Source: an uncultured Acidobacteriota bacterium (GTDB lineage: Bacteria > Acidobacteriota > Vicinamibacteria > Vicinamibacterales > CAVVIG01). From it: a stretch of 64,000 nucleotides of DNA. Location: positions 770,278 through 834,277 of the forward strand of contig CAWBXO010000004.1 in assembly GCA_963792785.1 (NCBI GenBank). Direction: 5' to 3'. The notes beneath the pieces are model-generated. The model had not been told where the DNA came from, ran no database searches, and saw only the letters and a list, made by a program, of their open reading frames with translations. The stretch's first letter is position 1; the number at the start of each line of letters is the position of its first letter. Both the position numbers and the translations under genes were made by a program. Shown here piece by piece: positions 10,512 to 24,955 of the stretch.

Positions 10512-10718
10512 TTAACCCCTGACCTTCTCCACGATCCGGCCCCGTCCCGGATCGACGGGCGAAACCTCCACCCGCACCCGATCTCCGACGAGCAGCCGGA
10601 CGAAATTCCGGACGCCCTGGCCGTCCGGCCGATCCGACGCATGCGCGACGACCAGCGGACCGTCCTCGAGCCGCACGCGGTAGAGCCCGCTCGGCAGCGC
10701 CTCGACCACCGCGCCCAT
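10512..10718 (-). CDS. infA: Translation initiation factor IF-1 (start uncertain)
   Basis: S1-like core VVEALPSGLYRVRLEDG ... LLVGDRVRVEVSPVDPGRGRIVEKV. ATG at 10718 has GAGGGG 6 nt upstream. The ORF is continuous with map (no stop), and an alternative N-terminus MDEAPVRAERVEG lies in another frame from 10762. Confidence 0.75.
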   Translation of the reverse strand: MGAVVEALPSGLYRVRLEDGPLVVAHASDRPDGQGVRNFVRLLVGDRVRVEVSPVDPGRGRIVEKVRG

Positions 10719-11579
10719 GAGCGCCCCTCGACTCGCTCGGCGCGCACGGGCGCCTCGTCCATCAGCGCCGGGCGGCCACCGCGCCGGTCGCGCCGAGGCC
10801 CGCTCGTCCGTGGCCCGCGCGCCGTCGCGGCGCCGCGCCGTCAGCACCCGCGGGCCGTCCGCCGTGACGGCGACCGTGTGCTCGAAGTGCGCCGACAGGC
10901 TGCCGTCGCGCGTCACCGCCGTCCACCCGTCGCCCAACACCTTCACCGCGGCCTTCCCCGCGTTCACCATCGGCTCGATCGCGAGCACCATCCCCTCGGC
11001 CAGCCGCGGCCCGCGGCCCGGCTCGCCGTAGTTCGGCACCTGCGGCTCCTCGTGCATCCGCTGGCCGATGCCGTGGCCCACGAACTCACGGACCACCGAA
11101 AACCCGTGCGCCTCGACGTGCGCCTGCACGGCGTGCCCGATGTCCGAGACCCGGCCGCCCGGCCGCGCGCACGCGATGGCCCGGGCCAGGGCTTCGTCCG
11201 TAATGCGCAGCAGCAATGCCGCGTCGTCCGAAATTCGGCCCACCGGCAGCGTCATCGCGCTGTCGCCGTAGTACCCGCCAAGCGCCGCGCCGACGTCGAT
11301 CGACAGGATGTCGCCCTCGGTCAGCGTCCGCGACGCCGACGGGATCCCGTGGATCACCTCGTCGTTGATCGACGCGCAAATCGTCGCCGGGTACCCGTGG
11401 TACCCCTTGAAGGCGGGCGTCGCGCCGGCGGCCCGGATCGTCCGCTCCGCCATCGCGTCGAGCTCCGCCGTCGTCATCCCCGGCGCCACGTGCGCCGCCA
11501 GTTCCGTGAGCACCTCGCCCACGAGGCGCCCCGCCTCCTGCATCCGCTCCAGCTCGGCCGCCGACCGGCAGACAATCAT
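10719..11579 (-). CDS. map: Type I methionine aminopeptidase (3' end undefined: no in-frame stop before infA)
   Basis: MIVCRSAAELERMQEAGRLV ... FEHTVAVTADGPRVLT. ATGA overlap with the adk stop. After VLT the frame runs through an Arg-rich stretch directly into infA. Confidence 0.85.
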
Positions 11580-12238
11580 GCCCGCGCTCCGATCCGGCCG
11601 CCCGCCGCCTCGACGGCCCGCTGAATGTCGGCGAACACACGCGCCGTCTCCTGCGCGCCGTTCACCGTGCGAAACATCGGCCGCGCCCGGTAGTACTCGA
11701 CGAGCGGCTGCGTCTGCGCGTAATAGACCTGCAGGCGCGTCCGCACGGCCGCCTCGTTGTCGTCGCTGCGCTGCACCAACGCGCCCCCGCAGCGCCCGCA
11801 CGTGCCCCGCGCGGCCTGCGCCGCATCCGCCGGGACCTGGCACACCGCGCAGACCCGGCGCGACGACAGCCTCCGCACCAGCTCCTCGTCCGGCACCTCG
11901 ATGTTCACGACCACCAGCGGGTCGCGGCCGTCGACGATCCGATCGAGCTCGGTCGCCTGGGCGACCGTCCGCGGAAAGCCGTCGAGGATGAACCCCTCGG
12001 CCGTGTCCGGGCGCGCGAGGCGCTCCTCGACGATGCCGATCACCACGTCGTCACTCACGAGCTGGCCCGCGTCCATCACCGCCTTGGCGCGCTTCCCGAG
12101 CTCGGTGCCCGCCGCGATGGCCTCGCGCAGGATGTCGCCCGTCGAGATCTTGGGGAGCCCCCGCGTCGCGGCCAGCTCGCCGGCCTGCGTGCCCTTCCCC
12201 GCTCCTGGCGGCCCGAGCATGATCAGGTTCAGCGCCAT
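11576..12238 (-). CDS. adk: Adenylate kinase with Cys4 zinc lid
   Basis: P-loop GPPGAGKGTQ. Lid is CAVCQ...CGRCGG. Confidence 0.96.
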   Translation of the reverse strand: MALNLIMLGPPGAGKGTQAGELAATRGLPKISTGDILREAIAAGTELGKRAKAVMDAGQLVSDDVVIGIVEERLARPDTAEGFILDGFPRTVAQATELDRIVDGRDPLVVVNIEVPDEELVRRLSSRRVCAVCQVPADAAQAARGTCGRCGGALVQRSDDNEAAVRTRLQVYYAQTQPLVEYYRARPMFRTVNGAQETARVFADIQRAVEAAGGRIGARA

Positions 12239-13621
<1,383 letters not shown>

Positions 13622-13631
13622 GGTCCGTCCG

Positions 13632-14078
13632 TCAGGCGATTGCTTCGGCGGCTCCGCCCGCCGCGGCGATCTTCTCCGCCGCCTTCCCGCTGAACTTGTG
13701 CGCGCGGACGGTGAGCGCCTTGCCCACCTCGCCGCGCGCGAGCACCTTCACGGGCGTGTGCTTGCCGGCCACGAGGCCGCGCTCGCGCAGCACCTCCGGC
13801 GTCACGACCGCCCCCGCGTCGAACACCCGCGCGAGATCGTCGAGGTTCACCACCTCGTACGCCACGCGGAACGGGTTGTGGAACCCGCGCTTGGGGACAC
13901 GCCGGTGCAGCGGCATCTGGCCGCCCTCGAACCCGCGCTTGAACTTGAAGCCGGAACGCGACTTCGCGCCTTTGTGTCCGCGCCCGGCCGTCTTGCCGTT
14001 GCCTGATCCGTGGCCGCGCCCGATGCGCTTCTTCGGATGCTTCGCCCCGGCCGGCGGTCTCAGTGTGTTCAGTGGCAT
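13632..14078 (-). CDS. rplO: 50S ribosomal protein L15
   Basis: [18 protein letters not shown]. Confidence 0.96.
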   Translation of the reverse strand: MPLNTLRPPAGAKHPKKRIGRGHGSGNGKTAGRGHKGAKSRSGFKFKRGFEGGQMPLHRRVPKRGFHNPFRVAYEVVNLDDLARVFDAGAVVTPEVLRERGLVAGKHTPVKVLARGEVGKALTVRAHKFSGKAAEKIAAAGGAAEAIA

Positions 14079-14082
14079 CGTG

Positions 14083-14114
14083 AGTTCCCCAGCTCCCCAG
14101 CTCCCCAGTTCCTC
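14083..14114. repeat. 4 x 8-nt tandem array in the rpmD-rplO spacer
   Basis: Plus strand reads AGTTCCCC AGCTCCCC AGCTCCCC AGTTCCTC. The sense strand reads GAGGAACT GGGGAGCT GGGGAGCT GGGGAACT and ends 4 nt before the rplO ATG. Confidence 0.9.
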
Positions 14115-14118
14115 AGCG

Positions 14119-14319
14119 TCACTTGACGTCCACCAGGTGCTTCACCTTGTGGATCATCCCGCGCGCCGCGGGCGTGTCCTTGATCACCACGGTATGCCGG
14201 ATCCGCCGCAGGCCGAGACCGCGCACCACCGTCCCCTGCTTGCTGCTGAAGCCGATCGGGCTCTTCATGAGCGTGACGGTAATCGTCCCGCCCCCGCTGT
14301 CCGTTCGCTGATTCGCCAT
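14119..14319 (-). CDS. rpmD: 50S ribosomal protein L30
   Basis: 66 aa, [28 protein letters not shown]. Confidence 0.95.
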   Translation of the reverse strand: MANQRTDSGGGTITVTLMKSPIGFSSKQGTVVRGLGLRRIRHTVVIKDTPAARGMIHKVKHLVDVK

Positions 14320-14340
14320 GGTTCCTACCTTGCTCCGCCC

Positions 14341-14865
14341 CTACGCGCCGGCCGGGACGAGCTCCGCGAGCTCCTTGCCCCGCATCCGCGCGATGAACGC
14401 CGGATCCTTGAGCTCCCCGAGCCCGGCAAAGGTCGCCCGCACCACATTGTGCGCGTTCGCCGACCCGAGCGACTTGGTCACGATGTTCGCGATCCCCGCC
14501 GCCTCGACGACCGCGCGCACGGCGCCGCCGGCGATGATCCCGGTGCCGTCGGGCGCCGGCTTCAGGAGCACGCTCCCGGCGCCGAAGTGCCCCACGATAC
14601 GGTGCGGCACCGTCGTGCCCGCGAGCGGCACGCGGATCAGATTCTTCTTGGCGGCCTCGATGGCCTTCTTGATGGCCGACGGCACTTCCTTCGCCTTGCC
14701 GATGCCGAAGCCGACCACGCCGTGGCCGTCCCCGACGACGACCAGCGCGCTGAAGCTCAGGTTCTTGCCGCCCTTGACCACCTTGGTCACGCGGTTGATC
14801 GACACCACCGTGTCCTTGATGTCGAGCTGGCTCGCGTCGATGCGTTCGCGTCGTTGAATTCTCAA
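14341..14865 (-). CDS. rpsE: 30S ribosomal protein S5
   Basis: [30 protein letters not shown]. Confidence 0.97.
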   Translation of the reverse strand: MRIQRRERIDASQLDIKDTVVSINRVTKVVKGGKNLSFSALVVVGDGHGVVGFGIGKAKEVPSAIKKAIEAAKKNLIRVPLAGTTVPHRIVGHFGAGSVLLKPAPDGTGIIAGGAVRAVVEAAGIANIVTKSLGSANAHNVVRATFAGLGELKDPAFIARMRGKELAELVPAGA

Positions 14866-15236
14866 AACTCCAGCCCCGCTTTCCGCGCTGCGTCCGCGAC
14901 CGCGCGGACGCGACCGTGATAGAGGAACCCTCCACGGTCGAAGACCACGCGCGTGATGCCCTTCTCGATCGTGCGCTCGGCGATCGCCTTGCCGACCGCC
15001 TCGGCGCCCTTGATGTTCCCGCCGTCGACGCCCTTGACGAACGCTTTCTTGAGCGCCGGCTCGACGCTGGATGCCGCCACGAGGGTGGCGCCGGTCCCAT
15101 CGTCGATCACCTGGGCGTAGATGTGGCCCACGCTGCGGAACACGCTCAGACGCGGCCGCTCGGTGGTGCCCGAGATCCGCTTGCGCTGCCGCAGGTGGAT
15201 CCGTTCGCGCTTGTCGGCCTTGGTTCGAATCTTCAT
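14862..15236 (-). CDS. rplR: 50S ribosomal protein L18
   Basis: [20 protein letters not shown] ... [12 protein letters not shown]. Confidence 0.96.
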   Translation of the reverse strand: MKIRTKADKRERIHLRQRKRISGTTERPRLSVFRSVGHIYAQVIDDGTGATLVAASSVEPALKKAFVKGVDGGNIKGAEAVGKAIAERTIEKGITRVVFDRGGFLYHGRVRAVADAARKAGLEF

Positions 15237-15244
15237 GGTCGCGC

Positions 15245-15784
15245 CTACTTCGCGCCGGTCTTGCCGGCCTTCTTCTTGAGCACTTCGCCCGTGTACCGCA
15301 CGCCCTTCTGCTTGTACGGGTCGGGCTTGCGCAGGCGCCGCATGTTGGCGGCCACCTGGCCGACCAGCTGCCGGTCCACGCCTGTCACGGTGATGTGCGT
15401 CTGTTTCTCAATCGCCACCTCGATGCCGGTGGGCACGTCGAAGACGACCGCGTGTGAGTAGCCCAGGGCGAAGATCACCTGCTTGCCCTTCACCTCGGCG
15501 CGGTAGCCCACGCCGACGATGTCGAGCTCGCGCTTGAAGCCCTCGGTGACGCCGGCGACGGCGTTCGCCACCAGGCTCCGCGCCAGGCCGTGGAACTTGC
15601 CGTGCCCGGGCGCGTCGGACGTAATCGTCGCCTTCAGCTCGGTGCCGGCGAGCTCGAAGCCGATGCCGGCGGGAAACGCCTGGCGCAACTTGCCCTTGGG
15701 GCCCTGCACCTCGACGGCGTCGCCGGCGATCTTCACGGTGACGCCCTTCGGCACGACGATCGGTTTCTTTCCGATTCGGGACAT
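15245..15784 (-). CDS. rplF: 50S ribosomal protein L6
   Basis: [19 protein letters not shown]. Confidence 0.97.
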   Translation of the reverse strand: MSRIGKKPIVVPKGVTVKIAGDAVEVQGPKGKLRQAFPAGIGFELAGTELKATITSDAPGHGKFHGLARSLVANAVAGVTEGFKRELDIVGVGYRAEVKGKQVIFALGYSHAVVFDVPTGIEVAIEKQTHITVTGVDRQLVGQVAANMRRLRKPDPYKQKGVRYTGEVLKKKAGKTGAK

Positions 15785-15790
15785 ATGCGT

Positions 15791-16192
15791 TTACCAGATG
15801 TTACAGAGCACTTCGCCGCCGACGCCGGCCTTGACGGCCTCGCGGCCCGTCATCACACCGCGCGACGTCGTGAGGATGCTCGTGCCGAGGCCCGCGAGCA
15901 CCTGCGGCACGTCCTTGTGGCCGAAGTAGACCCGACGGCCCGGCCGGCTGATGCGCTCGACGCCCGTGATGAGCTTCTCGCCACGCGGGCCGTACTTCAG
16001 GAACAGCCGGAGCGTCCGCGTCGGGGCCTCCCCGGCCGGGTCGAGCAGCTTGAAGCCCTGAATATAGCCTTCGTCCTGCAGAATGCGGGCGATATCGGCC
16101 TTCAGCCGCGACGACGGCATGTCGACGCGCGTGTGCTTGGCGGTGACCGCGTTGCGGATCCGCGTGAGCATGTCTGCGATGGGATCTGTCAT
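15791..16192 (-). CDS. rpsH: 30S ribosomal protein S8
   Basis: MTDPIADMLTRIRNA. Confidence 0.97.
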   Translation of the reverse strand: MTDPIADMLTRIRNAVTAKHTRVDMPSSRLKADIARILQDEGYIQGFKLLDPAGEAPTRTLRLFLKYGPRGEKLITGVERISRPGRRVYFGHKDVPQVLAGLGTSILTTSRGVMTGREAVKAGVGGEVLCNIW

Positions 16193-16235
16193 ATCTCTTG
16201 ACCTTCGTCGAACGCTGTCGCTACCAGCTGGGCGT

Positions 16236-16421
16236 CTACCAGCTGCTCTTCGTGACGCCGGTGATGTCGCCCTCGAGCGCCAGCTTCCGGAAACACAGAC
16301 GGCAGAGCGCGAACTTCCGCATGTACGCGCGCGGACGGCCGCACAGGTGGCACCGGTTGCGGAGCCGGATCTTGAACTTCGGCTTCCGCTGTTCCTTGGC
16401 GATCTTTGCTGTCGTGGCCAT
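16236..16421 (-). CDS. rpsN: 30S ribosomal protein S14, short zinc-ribbon (type Z) form
   Basis: 61 aa, [22 protein letters not shown]. Confidence 0.95.
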   Translation of the reverse strand: MATTAKIAKEQRKPKFKIRLRNRCHLCGRPRAYMRKFALCRLCFRKLALEGDITGVTKSSW

Positions 16422-16433
16422 GGGTCCTCTTAC

Positions 16434-16976
16434 CTACTGCGCGCGGAACGGCATGCCCATGAACTGCAGCAGCTTCCGCGCCTCTTCGTCGGTCCTGGCC
16501 GACGTCACAACCGACACATTCATGCCCCGCGCCTTGTCGACCTTCATGTAGTCGATCTCGGGAAACAGCAGCTGGTCGCGGAGGCCCAGCGTGTAGTTGC
16601 CGCGGCCGTCGAACCCCTTGGCCGAGACGCCCCGGAAGTCGCGGACGCGCGGCAACGCGATGTTCAACAGGCGGTCGAGGAACTCCCACATCCGCTCGCC
16701 CCGCAGCGTGACCATCGTGCCGATCGGCTGGCCCTTGCGGACCTTGAACTGCGCGATCGACTTCTTGGCGCGGCGCGTGACGGGCTTCTGCCCGGTGACG
16801 CGGCTGATCTCGTCGGCGCCGACCTCGATCAACTTGCTGTTCTGCGTCGCCTCGCCCAGGCCCATGTTCACGACGACCTTGCGAATGCGCGGCACGGCCA
16901 TCACGTTCGTGTAGCCGAACTCTTTCTGCAGGGCCGGCACGACATCATTCTGGTAGCGGTCCTTCAGGCGGCTCAT
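16434..16976 (-). CDS. rplE: 50S ribosomal protein L5
   Basis: [34 protein letters not shown] overlap with rplX. Confidence 0.96.
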   Translation of the reverse strand: MSRLKDRYQNDVVPALQKEFGYTNVMAVPRIRKVVVNMGLGEATQNSKLIEVGADEISRVTGQKPVTRRAKKSIAQFKVRKGQPIGTMVTLRGERMWEFLDRLLNIALPRVRDFRGVSAKGFDGRGNYTLGLRDQLLFPEIDYMKVDKARGMNVSVVTSARTDEEARKLLQFMGMPFRAQ

Positions 16977-17305
16977 TTGTCCACCACTCCCTCGCACTTG
17001 CGGCAGATTCGCACCTTGCGGCCGTCGCCGAGGATCTTCCGGCCGACGCGCGTCTGGGTCCCGCATTCCGGGCAGACCAGCTGCACGTTGGACGCGGCCA
17101 GCGACGCCTCGCGCTCCACGATGCCGCCCTGGATGTTCTTCCCGGGGTTCGGCCGCGTGTGGCGCTTGATCATGTTCACGCCCTCGACGATCAGGCGGTT
17201 GCGCCCGGGGATCACCTTGAGCACGCGGCCGCGCTTGCCGCGGTCCTTGCCCGCGATCACGAGCACGTTGTCGTTGCGACGAATGGGCGTCGCGAGACGG
17301 GACAT
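16973..17305 (-). CDS. rplX: 50S ribosomal protein L24
   Basis: KOW motif [18 protein letters not shown]. Confidence 0.95.
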   Translation of the reverse strand: MSRLATPIRRNDNVLVIAGKDRGKRGRVLKVIPGRNRLIVEGVNMIKRHTRPNPGKNIQGGIVEREASLAASNVQLVCPECGTQTRVGRKILGDGRKVRICRKCEGVVDK

Positions 17306-17308
17306 GGC

Positions 17309-17677
17309 TTACAGCACCTCCGGGGCGAGCGAGATGATCTTCATGAAGCGGCGCTCGCGCAGCTCGCGCGCAACCGGCCCGAAGACGCGCGTCCCGATCG
17401 GCTCGCCCTCGTCGTTCACCAGGACGGCCGCGTTGCGGTCGAACCGGATGTAGCTGCCGTCGCGACGACGCTGCTCTTTCACCGTCCGCACGATCACGGC
17501 CTTCACCACCTGCCCCTTCTTCACGTTCGACTCGGGGGTCGCTTCCTTCACCGACGCCGTGACGATGTCGCCGAGCCGCGCGTAGCGGCCGGTCGACCCG
17601 CCGATCGGATTGATGACCGCGATCTTGCGCGCGCCGGAATTGTCGGCGACGTCGAGAATCGATCGCATCTGAATCAT
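17309..17677 (-). CDS. rplN: 50S ribosomal protein L14
   Basis: [18 protein letters not shown]. Confidence 0.97.
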   Translation of the reverse strand: MIQMRSILDVADNSGARKIAVINPIGGSTGRYARLGDIVTASVKEATPESNVKKGQVVKAVIVRTVKEQRRRDGSYIRFDRNAAVLVNDEGEPIGTRVFGPVARELRERRFMKIISLAPEVL

Positions 17678-17681
17678 GGTC

Positions 17682-17936
17682 TTAGACCTCCGCCGCCTGC
17701 CGCACGATGCGCTTGAGTGCCCAGCGCTTGCGGCGGCTCATCGGGCGGGTCTCGACGATCTCGACGATATCGCCCGGCTTCGCCTCGTTGTTCTCGTCGT
17801 GCGCGACGAAGGTGGACGTGCGGCGCTGCGTCTTGCCGTACAGCCCGTCGCGCACCTGCCATTCCACCGCAACCGTGATGCTCTTCTGCATCTTGTTGCT
17901 GACCACGACGCCGGTCTTTTCGGCCTTCTGCGACAT
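17682..17936 (-). CDS. rpsQ: 30S ribosomal protein S17
   Basis: [17 protein letters not shown]. Confidence 0.95.
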   Translation of the reverse strand: MSQKAEKTGVVVSNKMQKSITVAVEWQVRDGLYGKTQRRTSTFVAHDENNEAKPGDIVEIVETRPMSRRKRWALKRIVRQAAEV

Positions 17937-17942
17937 ATATGC

Positions 17943-18131
17943 CTACTTCGCCTTCTGCCTGAGCACGGTCTTGACGCGCGCCAGGTCCCGGCGCACCGCG
18001 CGGATCTTCACGGGCACCTCGAGTGTGCCCATCGACTTCTGGATGCGCATCCGGAAGAGCACGTCGGCCAGCTCGTGCGCTTTCAGCTCGAGCTCGTCGG
18101 CGCCGAGCTCCCGCAGTTCCGCGGCCTTCAT
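17943..18131 (-). CDS. rpmC: 50S ribosomal protein L29
   Basis: [25 protein letters not shown] overlap with rplP. Confidence 0.93.
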   Translation of the reverse strand: MKAAELRELGADELELKAHELADVLFRMRIQKSMGTLEVPVKIRAVRRDLARVKTVLRQKAK

Positions 18132-18553
18132 AGCACTTTCTCCTCCGCGAACCGGCTCGCGAACTTGGTGAGGATCGGGATCTTCGCGGAGGCCAGCCGG
18201 CACGCTTCGCGCGCGTCCGCCTCGCTCACGCCCTCCATCTCGAACAGCACCTTGCCCGGCCGCACCACCGCGACCCACTCGTCGGGCGCGCCCTTGCCCT
18301 TGCCCATGCGGGTCTCCTGCGGCTTCTTCGTGATCGGCTTGTCCGGGAACACGCGCACCCAGATCTTGCCGCCGCGCTTCAGGCTCCGCGTCATCGCGAC
18401 GCGCGCCGCCTCGATCTGCCGGGCCGTCAGCCAGCACGGCTCGAGCGCGCGCAAGCCGTAGTCGCCGAACGACACGCTCGATCCGCGCCAGGCCTTCCCG
18501 GCCATCCGCCCGCGCTGCTGCTTGCGGTACTTGACCTTCTTCGGCATCAACAT
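18128..18553 (-). CDS. rplP: 50S ribosomal protein L16
   Basis: [21 protein letters not shown]. Confidence 0.96.
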   Translation of the reverse strand: MLMPKKVKYRKQQRGRMAGKAWRGSSVSFGDYGLRALEPCWLTARQIEAARVAMTRSLKRGGKIWVRVFPDKPITKKPQETRMGKGKGAPDEWVAVVRPGKVLFEMEGVSEADAREACRLASAKIPILTKFASRFAEEKVL

Positions 18554-18557
18554 GCGA

Positions 18558-19247
18558 TTACCCTCGACCCGACGGCCGGCGCGGCGCGCGTTCCCGATAT
18601 TCCTCTTCGCGGCCGCGCAGCGGCACGAGCCGCTCGCCCTTGTAGAGCCAGACCTTGATCCCAATCTGCCCGTAGGTCGTGTTGGCCTCCGCGAACCCGT
18701 AGTCGATGTCCGCGCGCAGCGTCTGCAGCGGCAGCTGGCCGTGCAGGTACCACTCCGACCGCGCGATCTCCGACCCGTTCAGCCGGCCCGACACGCGCAC
18801 CTTGATGCCGCGCGCCCCGAACCGGAGCGCCGACTCGACCGCCTTGCGCATCGCGCGGCGGAACGCCACGCGCTTCTCGAGCTGCATCGCCACCGACTCG
18901 GAGATGAGCTGGGCGTCCAGCTCCGGCTTCTGGATCTCCTGGATGTTGATGAAGACGACGCGGCTCGTCTGCTTCTGGATTTCCTGCTTCAGCTTGTCGA
19001 CCTCGGTGCCCTTGCGGCCGATGATGATGCCGGGACGCGAGGTGTAGATGTCGATCTTCAGGTTGTTCGCCGCGCGCTCGGTCTCGATCTTCGACACGCC
19101 CGCGTGCGCGAACCGCTTCTTGAGCGAGTGGCGCAGCGCCAGATCCTCGTGCAGCAGCTTCGCGTAATCGCGGTCGGAATACCACCGCGACCGCCAGGTC
19201 TTGTTGAACCCGAGCCGGAACCCGAACGGGTGAACTTTCTGCCCCAC
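18558..19247 (-). CDS. rpsC: 30S ribosomal protein S3
   Basis: GTG start preceded by [29 protein letters not shown]. Confidence 0.96.
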   Translation of the reverse strand: MGQKVHPFGFRLGFNKTWRSRWYSDRDYAKLLHEDLALRHSLKKRFAHAGVSKIETERAANNLKIDIYTSRPGIIIGRKGTEVDKLKQEIQKQTSRVVFINIQEIQKPELDAQLISESVAMQLEKRVAFRRAMRKAVESALRFGARGIKVRVSGRLNGSEIARSEWYLHGQLPLQTLRADIDYGFAEANTTYGQIGIKVWLYKGERLVPLRGREEEYRERAPRRPSGRG

Positions 19248-19249
19248 GG

Positions 19250-19720
19250 CTACTCCTTCGCCTTCGTTTTCCTGGACGCCCGCGCGGCGGTCGGCTTCGT
19301 GCCGGCCGACCGGCCCTTCGCCTGCGCCCGTTTGCGCGGCGCGGCGGCGGGCTCCGCCACGGCCACGACCCGCTCGGGCCGCTCCGCGACGTGCACGGTG
19401 AGGTGCGCCGTGCGCTTCACCACGCGGTACGCGCGCCCCATCGGCGCAGGTCGCACCCGCTTCATCGACGGCCCCTGGTCGGCGTAGCACGCCGACACGA
19501 ACAGCCGGTCCACGTCGCCGCTGAAGCCGTCCTTCTGCTGCGCGTTGGCCACGGCCGACCGCAGCACCTTCTCGATGTCCATCGCGATGCCCTTGCGCGT
19601 GAAGCGCAGGGTCGACAGCGCCTTGTTCACATCCTTGCCGCGGATCAGGCCCAGCACGAGGCCGGCCTTCTGCGCGGATGTCCGCACGTAGCGCGCCGTG
19701 GCTCGGGCTTCAATCATCAC
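19250..19720 (-). CDS. rplV: 50S ribosomal protein L22 with a basic C-terminal extension
   Basis: [21 protein letters not shown], plus about 45 aa of Ala/Lys/Arg-rich tail. Confidence 0.95.
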   Translation of the reverse strand: MMIEARATARYVRTSAQKAGLVLGLIRGKDVNKALSTLRFTRKGIAMDIEKVLRSAVANAQQKDGFSGDVDRLFVSACYADQGPSMKRVRPAPMGRAYRVVKRTAHLTVHVAERPERVVAVAEPAAAPRKRAQAKGRSAGTKPTAARASRKTKAKE

Positions 19721-20043
19721 GCGCCTCCCGCTTTCGGCGCCGAGGCGGGACCGCTCGGCGCGGCGGTCGCCGCCTTCTCGGCCACGCGCGTCGTGTGGCC
19801 CTTGAACAACCGCGTCGGCGCGAACTCACCCAGCTTGTGGCCGACCATGTTCTCGGTCAGGTACACGGGCACGAACTTCTTGCCGTTGTGCACCGCGAGG
19901 GTGTGCCCCACCATCTCGGGGATGATCGTCGAGCGGCGCGACCAGGTCTTGATGACCTTCTTCTCGCCGACGCGATTCATCACCTCGATCTTCTCGAGGA
20001 GGTGGGTGTCGATGAACGGACCCTTCTTGAGCGATCGACCCAT
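19717..20043 (-). CDS. rpsS: 30S ribosomal protein S19
   Basis: [19 protein letters not shown]. Confidence 0.96.
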   Translation of the reverse strand: MGRSLKKGPFIDTHLLEKIEVMNRVGEKKVIKTWSRRSTIIPEMVGHTLAVHNGKKFVPVYLTENMVGHKLGEFAPTRLFKGHTTRVAEKAATAAPSGPASAPKAGGA

Positions 20044-20867
20044 TACTTCTGTCTCCGCTGCACGATGAACTTGTCGGTGGCCTTGTGGTTCCGCGTCTTG
20101 TAGCCCTTGGTCGGCATGCCCCACGGCGACACCGGGTGCCGGCCGCCCGAGGTCTTGCCCTCGCCGCCGCCGAGCGGGTGGTCGACCGGGTTCATCGCCA
20201 CGCCGCGCACGTGCGGACGCTGGCCCAGCCACCGGCTGCGTCCGGCCTTCCCCACCGACACGTTCTCGTGGTCCAGGTTGCCCACCTGCCCGATCGTCGC
20301 GTAGCACTCGACCAGGATCTTCCGGATCTCGCCGGACGGCATCTTCAGCGAGGCGTACTCGCCTTCCTTGGCGACCACCTGTACCGACGACCCGGCGCTG
20401 CGCGCGATCTGCCCGCCCTTGCCGGGCCTGAGCTCCACGTTGTGCACCAGCGTGCCGAGCGGGATGCTCTTGATCGCCATGGCGTTCCCCGGCAGGATGT
20501 CCACCGCGTCGCCCGCCACGATGCTGTCGCCCACTTTCAGCCCCGACGGCTGCAGGATGTACCGCTTCTCGCCGTCCGCGTAGGTCACCAGCGCGATCCG
20601 CGCGGACCGGTTCGGGTCGTACTCCACCGTCGTGACCGTCGCGGGAATCCCGCGCTTGTCGCGCTTGAAGTCGATGATGCGGTACGCCCGCTTGTGGCCG
20701 CCGCCGCGCCACCACGAGGTGAGCTCGCCGACGTTGTTGCGGCCGCCCGTGCTCCGCAGCGGCTCGACCAGCGGCTTGTGGGGCCGATCCGTCGTGATCT
20801 CGTCGAACGCCTGCACGGTCTGGAAGCGCCGGCCGGGCGACGTCGGGTTGTACTTGCGAATGGGCAT
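20043..20867 (-). CDS. rplB: 50S ribosomal protein L2
   Basis: 274 aa, [16 protein letters not shown] ... [18 protein letters not shown]. Confidence 0.98.
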   Translation of the reverse strand: MPIRKYNPTSPGRRFQTVQAFDEITTDRPHKPLVEPLRSTGGRNNVGELTSWWRGGGHKRAYRIIDFKRDKRGIPATVTTVEYDPNRSARIALVTYADGEKRYILQPSGLKVGDSIVAGDAVDILPGNAMAIKSIPLGTLVHNVELRPGKGGQIARSAGSSVQVVAKEGEYASLKMPSGEIRKILVECYATIGQVGNLDHENVSVGKAGRSRWLGQRPHVRGVAMNPVDHPLGGGEGKTSGGRHPVSPWGMPTKGYKTRNHKATDKFIVQRRQK

Positions 20868-20869
20868 GA

Positions 20870-21160
20870 TTACGCGCCCTCCAGGAACTCGGGAATCTTC
20901 GCGCCCTCGCGCAGCTTCACGTACGCCTTCTTCCAGTCGGACCGCCGACCGGCGAACCGGCCCTGCCGCTTCACCTTGCCGTGCGTGATGCTCGTCCGGA
21001 TCGCCGCGACCTTCGACCCGAGGAGCTGCTCGACGGCCTGCCGGATTTCCACCTTGTTCGCCCGGACCGCCACCTCGAACACGATCGTCCGGCCGTCCTC
21101 GCGCAGGATCGACGTCTTCTCGGTGATCAGCGGACGACGAATCACGTCGGTCAGCTTCAT
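20870..21160 (-). CDS. rplW: 50S ribosomal protein L23
   Basis: [20 protein letters not shown] overlap with rplD. Confidence 0.95.
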   Translation of the reverse strand: MKLTDVIRRPLITEKTSILREDGRTIVFEVAVRANKVEIRQAVEQLLGSKVAAIRTSITHGKVKRQGRFAGRRSDWKKAYVKLREGAKIPEFLEGA

Positions 21161-21780
21161 GACGCCAGCGCCTCCTGCAGCCGTTCCACCGCGCGCCGGG
21201 TCATCACCACGCGCACCGCGTCGGCCACCGTCCGCGCCGTCAGCCGGCTCGACGCGACCATGGCCACGCCGGGAATGTTCCGCAGCGACCGATCGAGGTT
21301 GTCGTCCACGGCGGTGTCCACGAGCACGGCCTTGCCCGTGACACCCAGCCGCGCCAGCAGCGCCGTCGCCGCCTTGGTCTTCACCTCGGCCGCCGACAGC
21401 TCCTCCACCACGATCACCGCGCCGGCCTGCAGTTTCTCGGCGAGCGCCGCGCGGAGCGCGCCGCGCTCCACCTTCTTCGGCAGCGCGAAGTCGTAGCTGC
21501 GCGGCGTCGGCCCGAACACGGTGCCGCCCTTGCGCCACAACGGGTTCCGGATCTCGCCCACCCGCGCGCGGCCCGTGCCCTTCTGCCGCCACGGCTTCTT
21601 GCCGCTGCCGCTCACGAGCGCGCGGTTCTTGGTCATGTGCGTGCCGCGGCGCTTCGCCGCGTTCTCGTGCACGACCGACGTCCAGATCAGGTCGGCGTTG
21701 ACGCGCCCGCCGAACGTCTCGTCCGAAACGTCGAGGCTGCCGACCTTCTGGTTCTCGCTGTTGACGATATCGAGCTGCAT
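21157..21780 (-). CDS. rplD: 50S ribosomal protein L4
   Basis: [19 protein letters not shown]. Confidence 0.96.
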   Translation of the reverse strand: MQLDIVNSENQKVGSLDVSDETFGGRVNADLIWTSVVHENAAKRRGTHMTKNRALVSGSGKKPWRQKGTGRARVGEIRNPLWRKGGTVFGPTPRSYDFALPKKVERGALRAALAEKLQAGAVIVVEELSAAEVKTKAATALLARLGVTGKAVLVDTAVDDNLDRSLRNIPGVAMVASSRLTARTVADAVRVVMTRRAVERLQEALAS

Positions 21781-21782
21781 GG

Positions 21783-22463
21783 CTACTTCTTGCCCTTCTT
21801 CGGCTTCTCGACCTGCGCCACCTTGAGCTTCTTGGCCGCGATGGCCTTGCGCACGACGACGTAGGCCGTCGGCGCGCCCGGAATCCCGCCCTCGACGAGC
21901 AGCAGGTGGTTCTCCGGGTCGACCTTCAGCACCTTCATGTTGCGGATGGTCACGCGGTCCGCGCCCATCCGGCCCGCCCCGCGCATGCCCTTCACGACGC
22001 GCGAGGGAAACGACGAGGCGCCGATCGAGCCGGGCGCGCGGTGAAACATCGACCCGTGGCTCGCCGCGCCGCCGGCGAAATGATGCCGCCGCACGACGCC
22101 CTGGAAGCCCTTGCCGCGGCTCGTCCCGATGATGTCCACGCGCTCGCCGTGCTGGAAGATCGACACGAGCACCGCATCGCCCGCCTTCGCGGCGTCGCCG
22201 CCGGGCGCCACGTGCACCTCGCGCCGCACCTTCGTCGGCGGCACGTTCGCCTTCTTGTAGTGGCCGGCGAGGGGCTTGCCGACCTTGGCCGGCCGGTCCT
22301 CGACCAGGCCGAGCTGCACGGCCTCGTAGCCGTCGGTCGCGACCGACTTCGCCTGCACGACCACGCACGGCCCGGCCTTGATGACCGTCGCCGGGTGCAC
22401 GGTGCCGTCCTCGTCGAACAGCTGCGTCATGCCGACTTTCCTGCCGATGATGCCCGTGACCAT
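21783..22463 (-). CDS. rplC: 50S ribosomal protein L3
   Basis: [17 protein letters not shown] ... [17 protein letters not shown]. Confidence 0.97.
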   Translation of the reverse strand: MVTGIIGRKVGMTQLFDEDGTVHPATVIKAGPCVVVQAKSVATDGYEAVQLGLVEDRPAKVGKPLAGHYKKANVPPTKVRREVHVAPGGDAAKAGDAVLVSIFQHGERVDIIGTSRGKGFQGVVRRHHFAGGAASHGSMFHRAPGSIGASSFPSRVVKGMRGAGRMGADRVTIRNMKVLKVDPENHLLLVEGGIPGAPTAYVVVRKAIAAKKLKVAQVEKPKKGKK

Positions 22464-22465
22464 GA

Positions 22466-22804
22466 CTACTTGTGCTCCTTGCCGAACGCCTTGATCTCGA
22501 CGTCGACACCCGCCGGCAGATCCAGCTTCATCAGCGCGTCCACCGTCTGCGGCGTCGGCTCGAAGATGTCGATGAGCCGCTTGTGCGTGCGGATCTCGAA
22601 CTGCTCCCGCGACTTCTTGTCGACGTGCGGCGAACGCAGCACGGTCCACTTGTTCTTCGAGGTCGGCAGCGGAATCGGGCCCGCCAGCCGCGCGCCGGTC
22701 CGCTTGGCCGTCTCCACGATCTCCGACGTGGACTGGTCGAGCACCCGGTTGTCGTACGCCTTGAGGCGAATCCGAATCTTGTCGCTGAAGGATGCCGTTG
22801 CCAT
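22466..22804 (-). CDS. rpsJ: 30S ribosomal protein S10
   Basis: [32 protein letters not shown] at 22804, 10 nt after the fusA stop. Confidence 0.97.
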   Translation of the reverse strand: MATASFSDKIRIRLKAYDNRVLDQSTSEIVETAKRTGARLAGPIPLPTSKNKWTVLRSPHVDKKSREQFEIRTHKRLIDIFEPTPQTVDALMKLDLPAGVDVEIKAFGKEHK

Positions 22805-22814
22805 ATCTCTTGTC

Positions 22815-24923
<2,109 letters not shown>

Positions 24924-24927
24924 GACT

Positions 24928-24955
24928 GATCCCTAATCCCTAGTCCCTGATCCCG
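24928..24955. repeat. 4 x 7-nt tandem array in the rpsG-fusA spacer
   Basis: Plus strand reads GATCCCT AATCCCT AGTCCCT GATCCCG. The sense strand reads CGGGATC AGGGACT AGGGATT AGGGATC and ends 4 nt before the fusA GTG. Confidence 0.9.
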
